Positions 8,421 through 17,806 of a stretch of 64,000 bases of DNA are shown piece by piece (within the stretch, counting starts at the first letter, position 1; each line of letters starts with the position of its first letter). The notes under the pieces were generated by a model that did no database searches, was not told where the DNA came from, and worked only from the letters and a program-made list of their open reading frames with translations. The stretch lies in the NCBI GenBank assembly GCA_937958885.1, contig CALGMT010000024.1, forward strand, positions 41,061-105,060. The letters run 5' to 3'. Both the position numbers and the translations under genes were made by a program. The DNA comes from an uncultured bacterium. GTDB lineage: Bacteria > Verrucomicrobiota > Kiritimatiellia > CAIVKH01.

Positions 8421-9280
8421 AGGAGGCGCGCGTGTCGGAAACCGAAGTATTGCCGGAACTGAAGCAAATCGTCGGCGCGATGCTGTTCGCGGCCAAGGGG
8501 TCGGTGTCGCCGGCCGACGTCCGCCGTTGCCTGCGGGAGATCGCCGAGGAGCGCGGCGGGGCCTATCGCGATTTCGTTGAGGTTTCAGAGAAGGATATTG
8601 CCGCGACGATTGAGGAACTGCGGATACAGGTGCGCGAGGCGCGCATCGGGATTCACATCAACGAAGTGGCGTCGGGGTTCCGGATGGAGAACGACGCGAA
8701 TTGCGGTCCGTGGCTGCGCGCGCTACTGCAAAAAGGCCGCGCAAATCGATTGAGCCGACCTGCGTTGGAGACGCTCGCGGTTATCGCGTATCGTCAACCG
8801 TGCACGCGCGCGGAGATCGAGGCGGTGCGCGGCGTGGCGGTGGATCAAATTCTGCGGAACTTGATCGATCTGCAGTTGATTCGGATCACCGGCCGAAGCG
8901 AATTGCCGGGGCGGCCTTGGCAATTCGGGACGACGCAGAAGTTTCTCGAATATTTCGGGCTTAAGGATGTGAAGGATCTGCCGGGTATTGAGGAGCTTCG
9001 CCGGATGGAAGCGGAACAGGAGGCGCGGAAGACTGCGGCGCCGGAACAGCAGGGGGAGGGGGAGAGGGAGGGGGAGAGGGAGAGGGAGGAAGAGAGGGAG
9101 AGGGAGGGGGAGACCGAGGACGAGGGGGAGATCGAGGCCGAGGCGGAGGCGGGGGGTGATGAGGAGGAGGTTGAAGAGGACGACGAAGACGAATACGACG
9201 ACGATGATGACGACGAAGACGAATACGATGATGATGACGAAGACGATGATGAAGAAGCAGACGAAGAAAAGTCGTCCTGA
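8417..9280 (+). CDS. scpB: segregation and condensation protein B with a long acidic low-complexity C-terminal tail
   Basis: ATG 8417 overlaps the scpA TGA (8418-8420). Contains ETLAVIAYRQPCTRAEIEAVRGV, the ScpB winged-helix signature. The last ~80 aa are almost entirely E/D/G/R. The track ORF starting at 8033 is an upstream extension overlapping scpA. Confidence 0.85.
   Translation: MKEARVSETEVLPELKQIVGAMLFAAKGSVSPADVRRCLREIAEERGGAYRDFVEVSEKDIAATIEELRIQVREARIGIHINEVASGFRMENDANCGPWLRALLQKGRANRLSRPALETLAVIAYRQPCTRAEIEAVRGVAVDQILRNLIDLQLIRITGRSELPGRPWQFGTTQKFLEYFGLKDVKDLPGIEELRRMEAEQEARKTAAPEQQGEGEREGEREREEEREREGETEDEGEIEAEAEAGGDEEEVEEDDEDEYDDDDDDEDEYDDDDEDDDEEADEEKSS
9043..9277 (+). repeat. 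coding low-complexity purine-rich tract (GAG/GGG/GAC/GAA repeats) encoding the ScpB acidic tail
   Basis: Sequence such as gagggggagagggagggggagagggagagggaggaagagagggagagggaggggga, then gacgacgaagacgaatacgacgacgatgatgac and similar. In frame with scpB. Confidence 0.8.
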
Positions 9281-9797
9281 TCGCGGCGAACGGACGCTGG
9301 CCACGCTGCGCCGGCGGATTGACGCAATTGATGCGCGTATTGTCGCGCTTTTGAACCAGCGCAGCCGCTTGGCGCGAAAAATTGGAGAGCTCAAGCGCGA
9401 GCGGGGCGGGGCGTTGTATGTGCCGGAACGGGAGCAAGCAGTGCTGTCGCGCGTCCGCGCGCGAAACAAGGGGCCGTTGTCGAACGCCGCGCTGGAAGCC
9501 ATCTATCGCGAGATCATGTCGGCGGCGCTCGCACTGGAGGGTCCGTTGAAGATCGGAGTGGCCGGTCCGGCGGGCGGCGCAGTGGCGCTCGCGGCGCGAA
9601 ATCATTTCGGGGCGAGCGCAAAATTGGCGTCGGCGGAGTCGCCCTCAAAGGCAGTGGCGGGCATCGCGGCAGGGCGGTGGGATGCGTTATGCATCGAGGA
9701 TGCGGAATTGCCCGCACTGTGCGCGGAACTACAGGCGGGTCGACTGCTTGTGTGCGGGCGCGCGGCAAAGGGGATTTCAATCGTGGTGCGGTCATGA
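9246..9797 (+). CDS. chorismate mutase (CM_2 type) with a short degenerate prephenate-dehydratase-like C-terminal remnant
   Basis: LATLRRRIDAIDARIVALLNQRSRLARKIGELK is the AroQ-type CM helix. The following ~85 aa (KIGVAGPAGG...FGASAKL...) resemble only the first lobe of a PDT domain. The start is uncertain: ATG 9246 or 9249 lie inside the scpB 3' end in another frame. Confidence 0.65.
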   Translation: MMKKQTKKSRPDRGERTLATLRRRIDAIDARIVALLNQRSRLARKIGELKRERGGALYVPEREQAVLSRVRARNKGPLSNAALEAIYREIMSAALALEGPLKIGVAGPAGGAVALAARNHFGASAKLASAESPSKAVAGIAAGRWDALCIEDAELPALCAELQAGRLLVCGRAAKGISIVVRS

Positions 9798-10909
9798 ATC
9801 TTGCCGCGATAGCCAAACCGTGGGTCGGCGCGCTTGCGACGTATCAGCCCGGCAAGCCCATCGAGGAGGTCGCGCGGGAATTGGGGTTGGGCGATCCGGA
9901 ACGGATTGTCAAACTCGCGTCGAACGAGAATCCGCTCGGTCCATCGCCGCGCGCGTTGGAAGCGATGCGGACAGCGGCGAGCCGAATGCATATTTATCCG
10001 GACGGCGACTCGTATTATCTGCGCGAGGCGCTGGCCCGACGGTTCGGCGTCTCGCGCGACGAGGTGTTTCTTGGGCACGGGAGCAACGAAATCCTGGCGC
10101 TGCTCGGCCATGTTTTTCTCGAACCGGGCGTAAGCGCCGTGATGTCCGAGCACGCGTTCGTGGTCTATAAATTGGTCACGGCGTTGTACCAGGGGACAAT
10201 CATCGAGACGCCGGCCCGCGAGCTGGGGCACGATCTCGACGCGATGCGCGCTGCCATCCGGCCGGATACGCGGGTGGTTTTCATCGCGAATCCGAACAAT
10301 CCCACTGGAACCATGATTCCGGCGGATGCGCTCCATCGATTTATCGACGCGCTGCCGGAGCATGTGGCCGCCGTACTGGACGAGGCGTATGTCGAGCTGT
10401 TGCCGCCGCGTTTGCAGCCGGATGTGTTGCGCTACGTGCGCGAGCGGCGGAACGTGTTTGTGTTGCGCACGTTTTCAAAGGCGCACGGGCTGGCTGGTCT
10501 TCGCATCGGCTACGCGATTGCGCCGCCGGAGGGAATCGCGCTGCTCAATCGCGTGCGCCAGCCTTTTAATGTCAACGCGATGGCGCAGGCGGCGGCGCTG
10601 GCGGCGCTGGAAGACGACGCGCACATCGCGCGCACGCGCGCGCTGGTGGAGGAGGGGCTGGACCAGGTCAGCCAGGCGCTGGCCGGGATGGGAATCGACT
10701 ACGTGCCCTCGTCGGCGAATTTTCTCCTTGTGAAGGTCGGGAATGGACGGGGATACTTCGATGCTTTACTGCGCCGCGGGGTGATTGTCCGTCCGGTGGA
10801 CGGCTACGGGCTGCCGGAGTATATCCGGGTGTCCATCGGAACTCGCGCGGAGAACGAGCGGTTTCTTGATGCGCTGGCGCTGGTTCGGGAGGAATGGTCG
10901 TCGTCATGA
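9794..10909 (+). CDS. hisC: histidinol-phosphate / aromatic aminotransferase
   Basis: ATG 9794 overlaps the upstream TGA. Contains [10 protein letters not shown] and [14 protein letters not shown] (PLP lysine) motifs. Confidence 0.9.
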   Translation: MNLAAIAKPWVGALATYQPGKPIEEVARELGLGDPERIVKLASNENPLGPSPRALEAMRTAASRMHIYPDGDSYYLREALARRFGVSRDEVFLGHGSNEILALLGHVFLEPGVSAVMSEHAFVVYKLVTALYQGTIIETPARELGHDLDAMRAAIRPDTRVVFIANPNNPTGTMIPADALHRFIDALPEHVAAVLDEAYVELLPPRLQPDVLRYVRERRNVFVLRTFSKAHGLAGLRIGYAIAPPEGIALLNRVRQPFNVNAMAQAAALAALEDDAHIARTRALVEEGLDQVSQALAGMGIDYVPSSANFLLVKVGNGRGYFDALLRRGVIVRPVDGYGLPEYIRVSIGTRAENERFLDALALVREEWSSS

Positions 10910-11940
10910 TTATTGTATTGAAGCCGGATGCAACGGCCGCGGATGTGGCGCGCATCGAGCAGCAGATCCGCGAATGGGGATTGCGTCCGCACACGAGCGT
11001 GGGAACGGAACGCAGCGTCATCGGGGTGATTGGCGACGAATCGCTCCTGGCGAACAAGCCGATCGATGTATTCCCCGGAGTCGAGTCTGTCATGCGCATT
11101 CAAAAGCCGTACAAACTGGCGAGCCGCGAGTTTCGCGCGGCGTCGACGCGCATCTCGATTCCGTGGGGCACGCCCGGCGGCGAACCGGTGGACATCGGCG
11201 GCGACCGAGTTGTCGTCGTAGGCGGGCCCTGCTCGGTCGAGCAGCCTGACATCATGCGGGCGACGGCGGAGTATCTGTTGGCGACCGGCGCGCGGATGTT
11301 GCGCGCGGGCGCGTTCAAGCCGCGCACCTCGCCGTACGCGTTTCAGGGGCTCGGGGTTGAGGGCCTGCGCATCCTCGCCGAAATTCGCGCGGAGACGGGG
11401 CTGCCGTTCATTACCGAGGTGATGGACACGCGCGACGTCGAGATGGTGGCGGAGATGGCGGATGTGGTTCAGATCGGCGCGCGCAACACGCAGAACTTTT
11501 CGCTGCTGAAGGCGGTGGGCCGCACGCGGACGCCGGTCCTGCTGAAGCGCGGCATTTCCGGCACGATCGAAGAACTGCTGATGAGCGCGGAGTACATCCT
11601 CAGCCAGGGCAACGACAAGGTGATCGTGTGCGAGCGCGGTATCCGTACATTTGAGAAGGCGACGCGGAACACGCTGGATTTGAACGCGGTGCCGGTGCTG
11701 AAGAAGCTCACGCACCTGCCGGTCGCGGTGGATCCGAGCCATGGCGTCGGCATCGCGGAGTTTGTCGCGCCGATGGCGCTGGCGGGCGTCGCCTGCGGGG
11801 CGGATTTGTTATTGGTCGAAACGCATCCCGATCCGCGAACGGCGACTTCCGACGGCGCGCAGACGCTGGATGCCGCGCAATTTAAGCGGATGATGGACGG
11901 GGTGCGCGGCGTGGCCGCCGCCATCGGAAGGACGGTGTGA
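10906..11940 (+). CDS. aroF: 3-deoxy-7-phosphoheptulonate (DAHP) synthase, type I-beta, with an N-terminal ferredoxin-like regulatory domain
   Basis: [13 protein letters not shown] motif and a KDO8PS-like TIM-barrel core. The N-terminal ~70 aa ([20 protein letters not shown]...) resemble the Thermotoga-type regulatory domain. ATG 10906 overlaps the hisC TGA. The track start at 10894 is the alternative. Confidence 0.85.
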   Translation: MIIVLKPDATAADVARIEQQIREWGLRPHTSVGTERSVIGVIGDESLLANKPIDVFPGVESVMRIQKPYKLASREFRAASTRISIPWGTPGGEPVDIGGDRVVVVGGPCSVEQPDIMRATAEYLLATGARMLRAGAFKPRTSPYAFQGLGVEGLRILAEIRAETGLPFITEVMDTRDVEMVAEMADVVQIGARNTQNFSLLKAVGRTRTPVLLKRGISGTIEELLMSAEYILSQGNDKVIVCERGIRTFEKATRNTLDLNAVPVLKKLTHLPVAVDPSHGVGIAEFVAPMALAGVACGADLLLVETHPDPRTATSDGAQTLDAAQFKRMMDGVRGVAAAIGRTV

Positions 11941-11947
11941 CGTCGGC

Positions 11948-12829
11948 ATGCGTCGCGTCGCGATCATCGGCCTCGGATTGATGGGCGGCTCCATCGGGTT
12001 GGCCGCCAAGGCGCGCGGCATGCCCTGGGAAATTGTCGGCTACACGCGGACTGCTGCGACGGGCCGGAAAGCCGTGCGCCGCGGCGCAGTGGACCGGCTG
12101 GCCGCGACGCCGGCGGAAGCGGTCGCGGGCGCGGATTTGGCGGTTTTTTGCGCGCCGGTGGAGCGGATTGCTCCGCTGGTGCGGGACAGCCTGCCCGGTT
12201 TTGCGCGCGGTGCCGTCGTCACCGATGTGGCGAGTACGCGGATGGTCGTTGACGCCGAGGTGCCGCCGATGCTCAAAGGGACGGGCGCGGTGTTTGTCGG
12301 CAGCCATCCGGTGGCCGGGTCCGAGCGGCAGGGCATTGAGGCCGCGCATCCGGATTTGTATGTCGGCGCGCGCGTGTTGTTGACAGCGCCGGGCCGGCCC
12401 GGCGCTGCCGCGGTTGCGCGCGTCAGGGGCTTTTGGTCCTCGCTCGGTGCGCGCTGCCGCGCGATGGACAGCGCGGGACACGACCGTGTGTTGGCTCGCA
12501 CGAGCCATCTGCCGCACATGATCGCATCGCTGCTGGCGGCGACGGTCGGACGAGCGGGCGGTCGCGCGGATCTCGGCGAATTTTGCGGGCGCGGTTTCGC
12601 GGATACCTCGCGGGTTGCGGAAGGGTCGCCGGAGGTGTGGCTTGATATTGTCCGCACCAATCGCTCCAATCTGCAGCACGAATTGCACGCGTTTCGCCGT
12701 GAGCTCGATCGCTTGATCGAGGCGCTGGCGGCAAGCGACGATGCCGCCGTGCGCCGACTGCTGGAGCGCGGGCGGTCGGCGCGTCGCCGTTTGATCGCAG
12801 GCCCAAACGGTTCAAAGGATCTATCATGA
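11948..12829 (+). CDS. tyrA: prephenate dehydrogenase
   Basis: 293 aa. Rossmann motif VAIIGLGLMGGSIG. Conserved SHLPH. Operon context is hisC-tyrA-aroA. Confidence 0.9.
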   Translation: MRRVAIIGLGLMGGSIGLAAKARGMPWEIVGYTRTAATGRKAVRRGAVDRLAATPAEAVAGADLAVFCAPVERIAPLVRDSLPGFARGAVVTDVASTRMVVDAEVPPMLKGTGAVFVGSHPVAGSERQGIEAAHPDLYVGARVLLTAPGRPGAAAVARVRGFWSSLGARCRAMDSAGHDRVLARTSHLPHMIASLLAATVGRAGGRADLGEFCGRGFADTSRVAEGSPEVWLDIVRTNRSNLQHELHAFRRELDRLIEALAASDDAAVRRLLERGRSARRRLIAGPNGSKDLS

Positions 12830-14151
12830 GTCAAATTCCTCAGTCAGTCATGGTCGGCCCGAGCGGTCCGCTGCGCGGGGAGATCGAAGTCGCGGGCGAC
12901 AAGAGCATCTCGCATCGGATTGGCATGCTTGCCGCACTCGCAAAGGGCACCTCCACGATCCGCCATTTTCTTCAAAGCGAGGACTGCGTGAATACCCTGC
13001 GCGCGATGGAGGCGCTCGGCGCGCGCTCGTATTTCGACGAGGAGGGGTTGCTGCACGTGCAGGGGACCGGCGGCAAGCTGATTCAACCCGCCGGCGCGCT
13101 CAACGTCGGCAACTCCGGAACGACGATCCGCCTGCTGGCGGGCATCCTCGCAGGGCAGCCGGGCGTGTTTGAGTTGACCGGCGACGAATCGCTGTGCAGC
13201 CGCCCCATGGCGCGCATCAAAGATCCGCTCGAAAAGATGGGCGCAAAGGTCGAGTTAACCGGCGAACGCGGGACTGCGCCGATCAAGATCACCGGCGGTC
13301 CGCTCAAGGCGATCGAATACGTGTTGCCGGTCGCCTCCGCCCAGGTGAAATCGTGCATCCTGCTCGCGGGCCTTTTTGCCGAAGGGACCACCTCTGTTTC
13401 GGAACCGATGCCGACGCGCGACCATACGGAACGCATCTTCACCATGCTGGGCCTTCCGATTTCCGTGATCGGCGACCACATGACGCTTCAGGGGTTCGGC
13501 CCGAAGGGGCCCAGCTTGAAGGCGCGCGATTTTTCCGTGCCGGGCGATTTCTCCTCCGCCGCATTCTGGCTCGTCGCCGCCGCCGCCCGCGAGGACTCGT
13601 GCGTGACGATTCGCAACGTCGGTTTGAATCCTCGCCGCACCGCGCTGCTTGACGTGCTCACACGGGCGGGTGCGCGTGTTGACGTGCATCCTGCAGCCGA
13701 CGCTGAAAACGGGGAACCGTACGGCGATATAGAGATCAAGGGCGGTCCGCTTCGCGGCGTTGAAGTCGGTGGAGTGGAGATCCCGAATTTGATCGACGAG
13801 CTACCCTTGGTCGCGGTTCTCGGCTGCCTGGCTCATGGCGAAACAATAATCAAGGACGCGGCGGAGCTGCGGGTGAAGGAATCGGATCGCATCGCGACGA
13901 TGGCCGCCAATCTTCGCCTGATGGGCGCGGAGGTCGAGGAACGGCCGGACGGGATGATCATTTCGGGACCCGTTGCGCTGCGTCCGACGGGTGCCTTGCG
14001 CAGCTACGGCGACCATCGCATCGCCATGGCGATGACCGTGCTCGCCGGATTTGCGCCAGACAAGACCATGATCAATAATGTCGCGTGCGTGAGCACCTCG
14101 TATCCGGCATTCTGGGACGACTACCGATCGCTGGGGGGCCATGTCCAATAA
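12826..14151 (+). CDS. aroA: 3-phosphoshikimate 1-carboxyvinyltransferase (EPSP synthase)
   Basis: 441 aa. Contains GDKSISHR and VGNSGTTIRLLAG motifs. Confidence 0.95.
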   Translation: MSQIPQSVMVGPSGPLRGEIEVAGDKSISHRIGMLAALAKGTSTIRHFLQSEDCVNTLRAMEALGARSYFDEEGLLHVQGTGGKLIQPAGALNVGNSGTTIRLLAGILAGQPGVFELTGDESLCSRPMARIKDPLEKMGAKVELTGERGTAPIKITGGPLKAIEYVLPVASAQVKSCILLAGLFAEGTTSVSEPMPTRDHTERIFTMLGLPISVIGDHMTLQGFGPKGPSLKARDFSVPGDFSSAAFWLVAAAAREDSCVTIRNVGLNPRRTALLDVLTRAGARVDVHPAADAENGEPYGDIEIKGGPLRGVEVGGVEIPNLIDELPLVAVLGCLAHGETIIKDAAELRVKESDRIATMAANLRLMGAEVEERPDGMIISGPVALRPTGALRSYGDHRIAMAMTVLAGFAPDKTMINNVACVSTSYPAFWDDYRSLGGHVQ

Positions 14152-14827
14152 TTCCATCATTGCGGTAGCCATCGACGGCCCCTCCGCCTCCGGAAAATCC
14201 ACTGTTGCGCGCCTTTCCGCGCGCGAGTTGGGCTTTCATTACGTTGACTCCGGGTCGCTCTACCGCGGCTTGACGTGGAAATGCCTGCGCGAAGGGGTGG
14301 ACACGGAGGATCCCGCCGCGGTCATCGAACTGGTGAACAGGACGAAGCTCGATTTTTTCGTGGAGGAAGGCGCGATACGGTTCACGCTCGACGGCGAGGA
14401 TCCCGGCGCACAGATCCGCTCGATGCCCGTGCAGGAGCGCGTGAGCGATGTCGCGGCCATTCCGGAGGTGCGCGCCCGCATCGTGCAGCACCTGCGCGAG
14501 ACGACACGCTTCGGCAACGTCGTGATGGAAGGCCGCGATATCGGCACCGTGGTGTTCCCCGACACGCCGTTTAAGTTTTACCTGGACGCCGATCCGGAAG
14601 AGCGCGCCCGCCGCCGCCACCAGGAACTCGCGCAAACAGCCGGCGACACCACGGTGGACAATGTGCTCGCTTCGCTCCAGCGGCGCGACCGCAAGGACTC
14701 GACGCGCAAGACGGCGCCGCTCCAAATCGCGCTCGGCGCGAAGGTCATCGATTCCACCGCGATGCAGGCGGAGGATGTTGTGCGGATCGTGGTCGCGCAG
14801 GTCCGCGGCGCGCTCTCCGCAACATGA
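14141..14827 (+). CDS. cmk: cytidylate kinase
   Basis: 228 aa. P-loop IAIDGPSASGKSTVAR. The aroA-cmk linkage is common. Confidence 0.92.
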   Translation: MSNNSIIAVAIDGPSASGKSTVARLSARELGFHYVDSGSLYRGLTWKCLREGVDTEDPAAVIELVNRTKLDFFVEEGAIRFTLDGEDPGAQIRSMPVQERVSDVAAIPEVRARIVQHLRETTRFGNVVMEGRDIGTVVFPDTPFKFYLDADPEERARRRHQELAQTAGDTTVDNVLASLQRRDRKDSTRKTAPLQIALGAKVIDSTAMQAEDVVRIVVAQVRGALSAT

Positions 14828-15468
14828 GCGCGCCGGCGTACAGCCTCCGCCTGTACACGCTCAGTCGGGACATCCTTTGGCTATTCCTGAAACTCTACAA
14901 CCGGCTGGAGGTGCGAGGCGCAGCGCACATTCCCGCGACAGGCGGCGTCCTGCTGGTCGCCAATCACGTCAGCTTTCTCGATCCTCCCGCGCTCGGCTGC
15001 GCAGCGCGGCACCGCGTCGTTCGCTACATGGCGCGCGACACCTTGTTTGAGAATCCGCTGTTCGGGCGCTTGCTGCGGAATGTCGCCGCCGTGCCGATCT
15101 CGCGCGACCGAGGCGACATCGGCGCGCTGAAGAAGGCCATCGCCGTGTTGAAAGCGGGCGACTGCCTCGGATTATTTCCGGAGGGCACGCGCAGTTCGGA
15201 CGGCCGTCTGCACCCGGCGAAGTCCGGCGTTGGCTTTCTCATTGATAAAGCCGGAGTCCCCGTGGTTCCGGCTTTCATCGACGGCACGTATCGCGCATTT
15301 TCGCGCCATCACAAGTGGATACGCCCGTACAAAGTGCGCGTGACATTCGGTCCGGCCATTCCTCCTGAGACCTTCGAGTGCTTTCCCGATGGCCGCGACC
15401 GCTATGAACGAATCGCCGCCTACATAACGGAACAGATACGAAAATGTTCACTCCAAACCGCGCATTAA
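14824..15468 (+). CDS. plsC: 1-acyl-sn-glycerol-3-phosphate acyltransferase
   Basis: 214 aa. Contains NHVSFLDP (HX4D) and FPEGTRS motifs. Confidence 0.88.
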   Translation: MSAPAYSLRLYTLSRDILWLFLKLYNRLEVRGAAHIPATGGVLLVANHVSFLDPPALGCAARHRVVRYMARDTLFENPLFGRLLRNVAAVPISRDRGDIGALKKAIAVLKAGDCLGLFPEGTRSSDGRLHPAKSGVGFLIDKAGVPVVPAFIDGTYRAFSRHHKWIRPYKVRVTFGPAIPPETFECFPDGRDRYERIAAYITEQIRKCSLQTAH

Positions 15469-15539
15469 TTCGATGATTAATTTGTAAAGCCTTTATCATA
15501 AATGTATAACACATATTTTATATGCAAACGATCGCATGC

Positions 15540-15568
15540 TTGACGGGGGGCGCACGACCGGATAACAA
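15540..15568 (+). promoter_or_regulatory. candidate sigma70-type promoter inside an AT-rich island upstream of ispD
   Basis: TTGACG (15540-15545), 17-nt spacer, TAACAA (15563-15568). Preceded by a ~70-nt AT-rich stretch at 15469-15539. Followed by the hairpin gctaac-aattgac-gttagc. Confidence 0.3.
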
Positions 15569-15622
15569 TTCGCTAACAATTGACGTTAGCTTGTTTGCAA
15601 GGGTCGCGATATCGAACACATT

Positions 15623-16345
15623 ATGACGACGAACAAAGCCCGCAAATCGACCTCAACTTCCTCTTCCGTCTGGGGAATCGTACTGGCTGGCGGGCGCACT
15701 TCGCAGTTCGGCACAGACATCGATCCCGTATTTCTCTCCCTCGGCAGCAAACCGGTGTTGACGTATAGCCTGGCGGCGGTCGAGCGTTGCGCCGAAATCG
15801 AAGCCGTGGTGGTGGTGGCCTCGAAGGAGCGCATCGATAGTGTTCGAACAATGATCAACATGTTCGGCTGCACGAAGGTCAAGGCCATTGTCGCGGGGCC
15901 GCCGCCGCGAGAGGCGGCGGTGGCGGCGGGACTGCACGCGTTGGAGGAGCGCCAACCCGGGTTCATCGCCATTGTGGATGGAGCGGTTCCGGGGATCACG
16001 CCGGAGTTGATTTCGGAAACCATAAAAATGGCGCGCAAGCGCGGCAGCGCCGCTGTAGCCCGGCAGCTCGCCTTGCCGGTCTGCGAGTCGGCGAAGGGTG
16101 TGAAGATTACGGGTACGCCGGAGGACGGCACGCTTTGGATCACGATGGGCCCGCAGGTCTTCCGCAAGGATCACCTTGAAAAGGCGTTGAGTCATGCGTC
16201 GAAGAAAAAATTACGCGCCGCCGACGAGGCCGCGCTCGCCGCCGCCGCGAAAATCGACGTCCATCTGGTCCCTACACGGCGAATGTTGATTCGAATCGAC
16301 ACGCCGCAGGATTTGAATCTCGCCGAGTACGTGCTGCGTCACTGA
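15623..16345 (+). CDS. ispD: 2-C-methyl-D-erythritol 4-phosphate cytidylyltransferase
   Basis: 240 aa. WGIVLAGGRTSQFG nucleotide-binding loop and IspD-like overall pattern. No obvious SD, so the start is uncertain. Confidence 0.75.
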   Translation: MTTNKARKSTSTSSSVWGIVLAGGRTSQFGTDIDPVFLSLGSKPVLTYSLAAVERCAEIEAVVVVASKERIDSVRTMINMFGCTKVKAIVAGPPPREAAVAAGLHALEERQPGFIAIVDGAVPGITPELISETIKMARKRGSAAVARQLALPVCESAKGVKITGTPEDGTLWITMGPQVFRKDHLEKALSHASKKKLRAADEAALAAAAKIDVHLVPTRRMLIRIDTPQDLNLAEYVLRH

Positions 16346-16411
16346 CGCCGCAGCGCAGATTTCACATTCCGTCGTTGCCGCGTCGCGCCGCGCGTTTATA
16401 CTCGCCGCTCC

Positions 16412-17806
16412 ATGTCGTTGCGACTTTTCAACACCCTCTCGCGCGCGGTTGAGCCGTTTGAGCCCCTGGAGCCGGGCCGCGTTCGAATGTACACGTGCGG
16501 GCCGACCGTCTATAACCGCGCGCACATCGGAAACTTTCGCGCCTACATTTTTGAGGACCTGCTGCGGCGGCATCTCAAATGGACGGGCTATCGGCTCACG
16601 CATGTGATGAATCTCACGGACGTGGATGACAAGACCATTCGGGCTTCCATGGCCGAAGGGATCCCGCTCAAGCAATTCACGCGCCGATATATTGACGCTT
16701 TTTTCAACGACATCGATTTGTTGGGGATCGAGCGCGCCGAACACTATCCCGCCGCCACCGATCACATCCCCGACATGATCGACATGATCCGCGTGCTGCT
16801 CGACAAGGGCATCGCGTATCGGTCCGACGACGGTTCGATTTACTTCAGCATCCAGAAGTTTCCCGCGTACGGGTGCCTCGCGCACCTCGATCGCGCGGGC
16901 CTGCGGCCCGGCGCGCGCGTCGCGCAGGACGAATTCGAGAAAGAAGACGCCGCCGATTTCGCGCTCTGGAAGGCGTGGTCGGAAAAAGATGGCGACGTGG
17001 CATGGGACTCGCCCTGGGGCCGCGGCCGGCCCGGCTGGCACATCGAGTGCTCGGCGATGAGCGTCAAGCTGCTCGGCCCGAGTTTCGACATCCACTGCGG
17101 CGGCGTGGACAACATCTTTCCCCACCACGAGTGCGAAATCGCGCAGAGCGAGTCGGTCACCGGTCGTCCGTTCGTGAAGTACTGGCTGCACTGCGCGCAC
17201 CTGATCGTGGACGGCAAGAAGATGTCGAAATCGCTCGGCAACTTCCTGACGCTGGACGATTTGCTGAAAGAGGGGTTTGGCGGGCGCGAGATTCGCTACC
17301 AACTGCTCGCGACGCACTATCGCCAGACGCTGAACTTTACGCGCGACGGCTTGCACGCCGCGCGCGCGGCGTTGCTGCGGGTGGATGAGTTCACCGAACG
17401 CCTGCGCGCGCGCGCCGCCGAGACGGCGGACGCGCTGCCGGATTGGGCGGAAACGGGGCGCGCCGCGTTTCGCGCCGGCCTGGATAACGACCTCAACATT
17501 TCCGAGTCGCTCGCGGCGCTGTTTGACATGCTGCGCGCGGGAAACAAGGCGCTCGACGACGACGCCGTTTCGCCGGGGGCTGCGCGCGCCGTGTTGCAGT
17601 TGCTCGACGAGTGGGACGGCGTGCTCGGCGTGCTAAAGCCTGCGGCGTCCGAGACGGACGCGGAAGTGCGGGCGCTTGTCGACGCTCGACAAGCCGCGCG
17701 CGCGGCCAAAAACTGGGCCGAATCGGACCGGCTGCGTGAGGAGATTGCCCGGCGCGGATGGATCGTGCAAGACACCCCGCAAGGTCCAAAGGTGCGGAAA
17801 GCATGA
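16412..17806 (+). CDS. cysS: cysteine--tRNA ligase
   Basis: 464 aa. Contains HIGNFR (HIGH) and KMSKSLGN motifs. Confidence 0.95.
   Translation: MSLRLFNTLSRAVEPFEPLEPGRVRMYTCGPTVYNRAHIGNFRAYIFEDLLRRHLKWTGYRLTHVMNLTDVDDKTIRASMAEGIPLKQFTRRYIDAFFNDIDLLGIERAEHYPAATDHIPDMIDMIRVLLDKGIAYRSDDGSIYFSIQKFPAYGCLAHLDRAGLRPGARVAQDEFEKEDAADFALWKAWSEKDGDVAWDSPWGRGRPGWHIECSAMSVKLLGPSFDIHCGGVDNIFPHHECEIAQSESVTGRPFVKYWLHCAHLIVDGKKMSKSLGNFLTLDDLLKEGFGGREIRYQLLATHYRQTLNFTRDGLHAARAALLRVDEFTERLRARAAETADALPDWAETGRAAFRAGLDNDLNISESLAALFDMLRAGNKALDDDAVSPGAARAVLQLLDEWDGVLGVLKPAASETDAEVRALVDARQAARAAKNWAESDRLREEIARRGWIVQDTPQGPKVRKA

Noticed and set aside
9043-9277. The purine-rich short tandem repeats looked superficially like a repeat array or CRISPR.
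   Set aside because: There is no repeat-spacer organisation. The units are 3-15 nt, in frame, and encode the acidic tail of ScpB.
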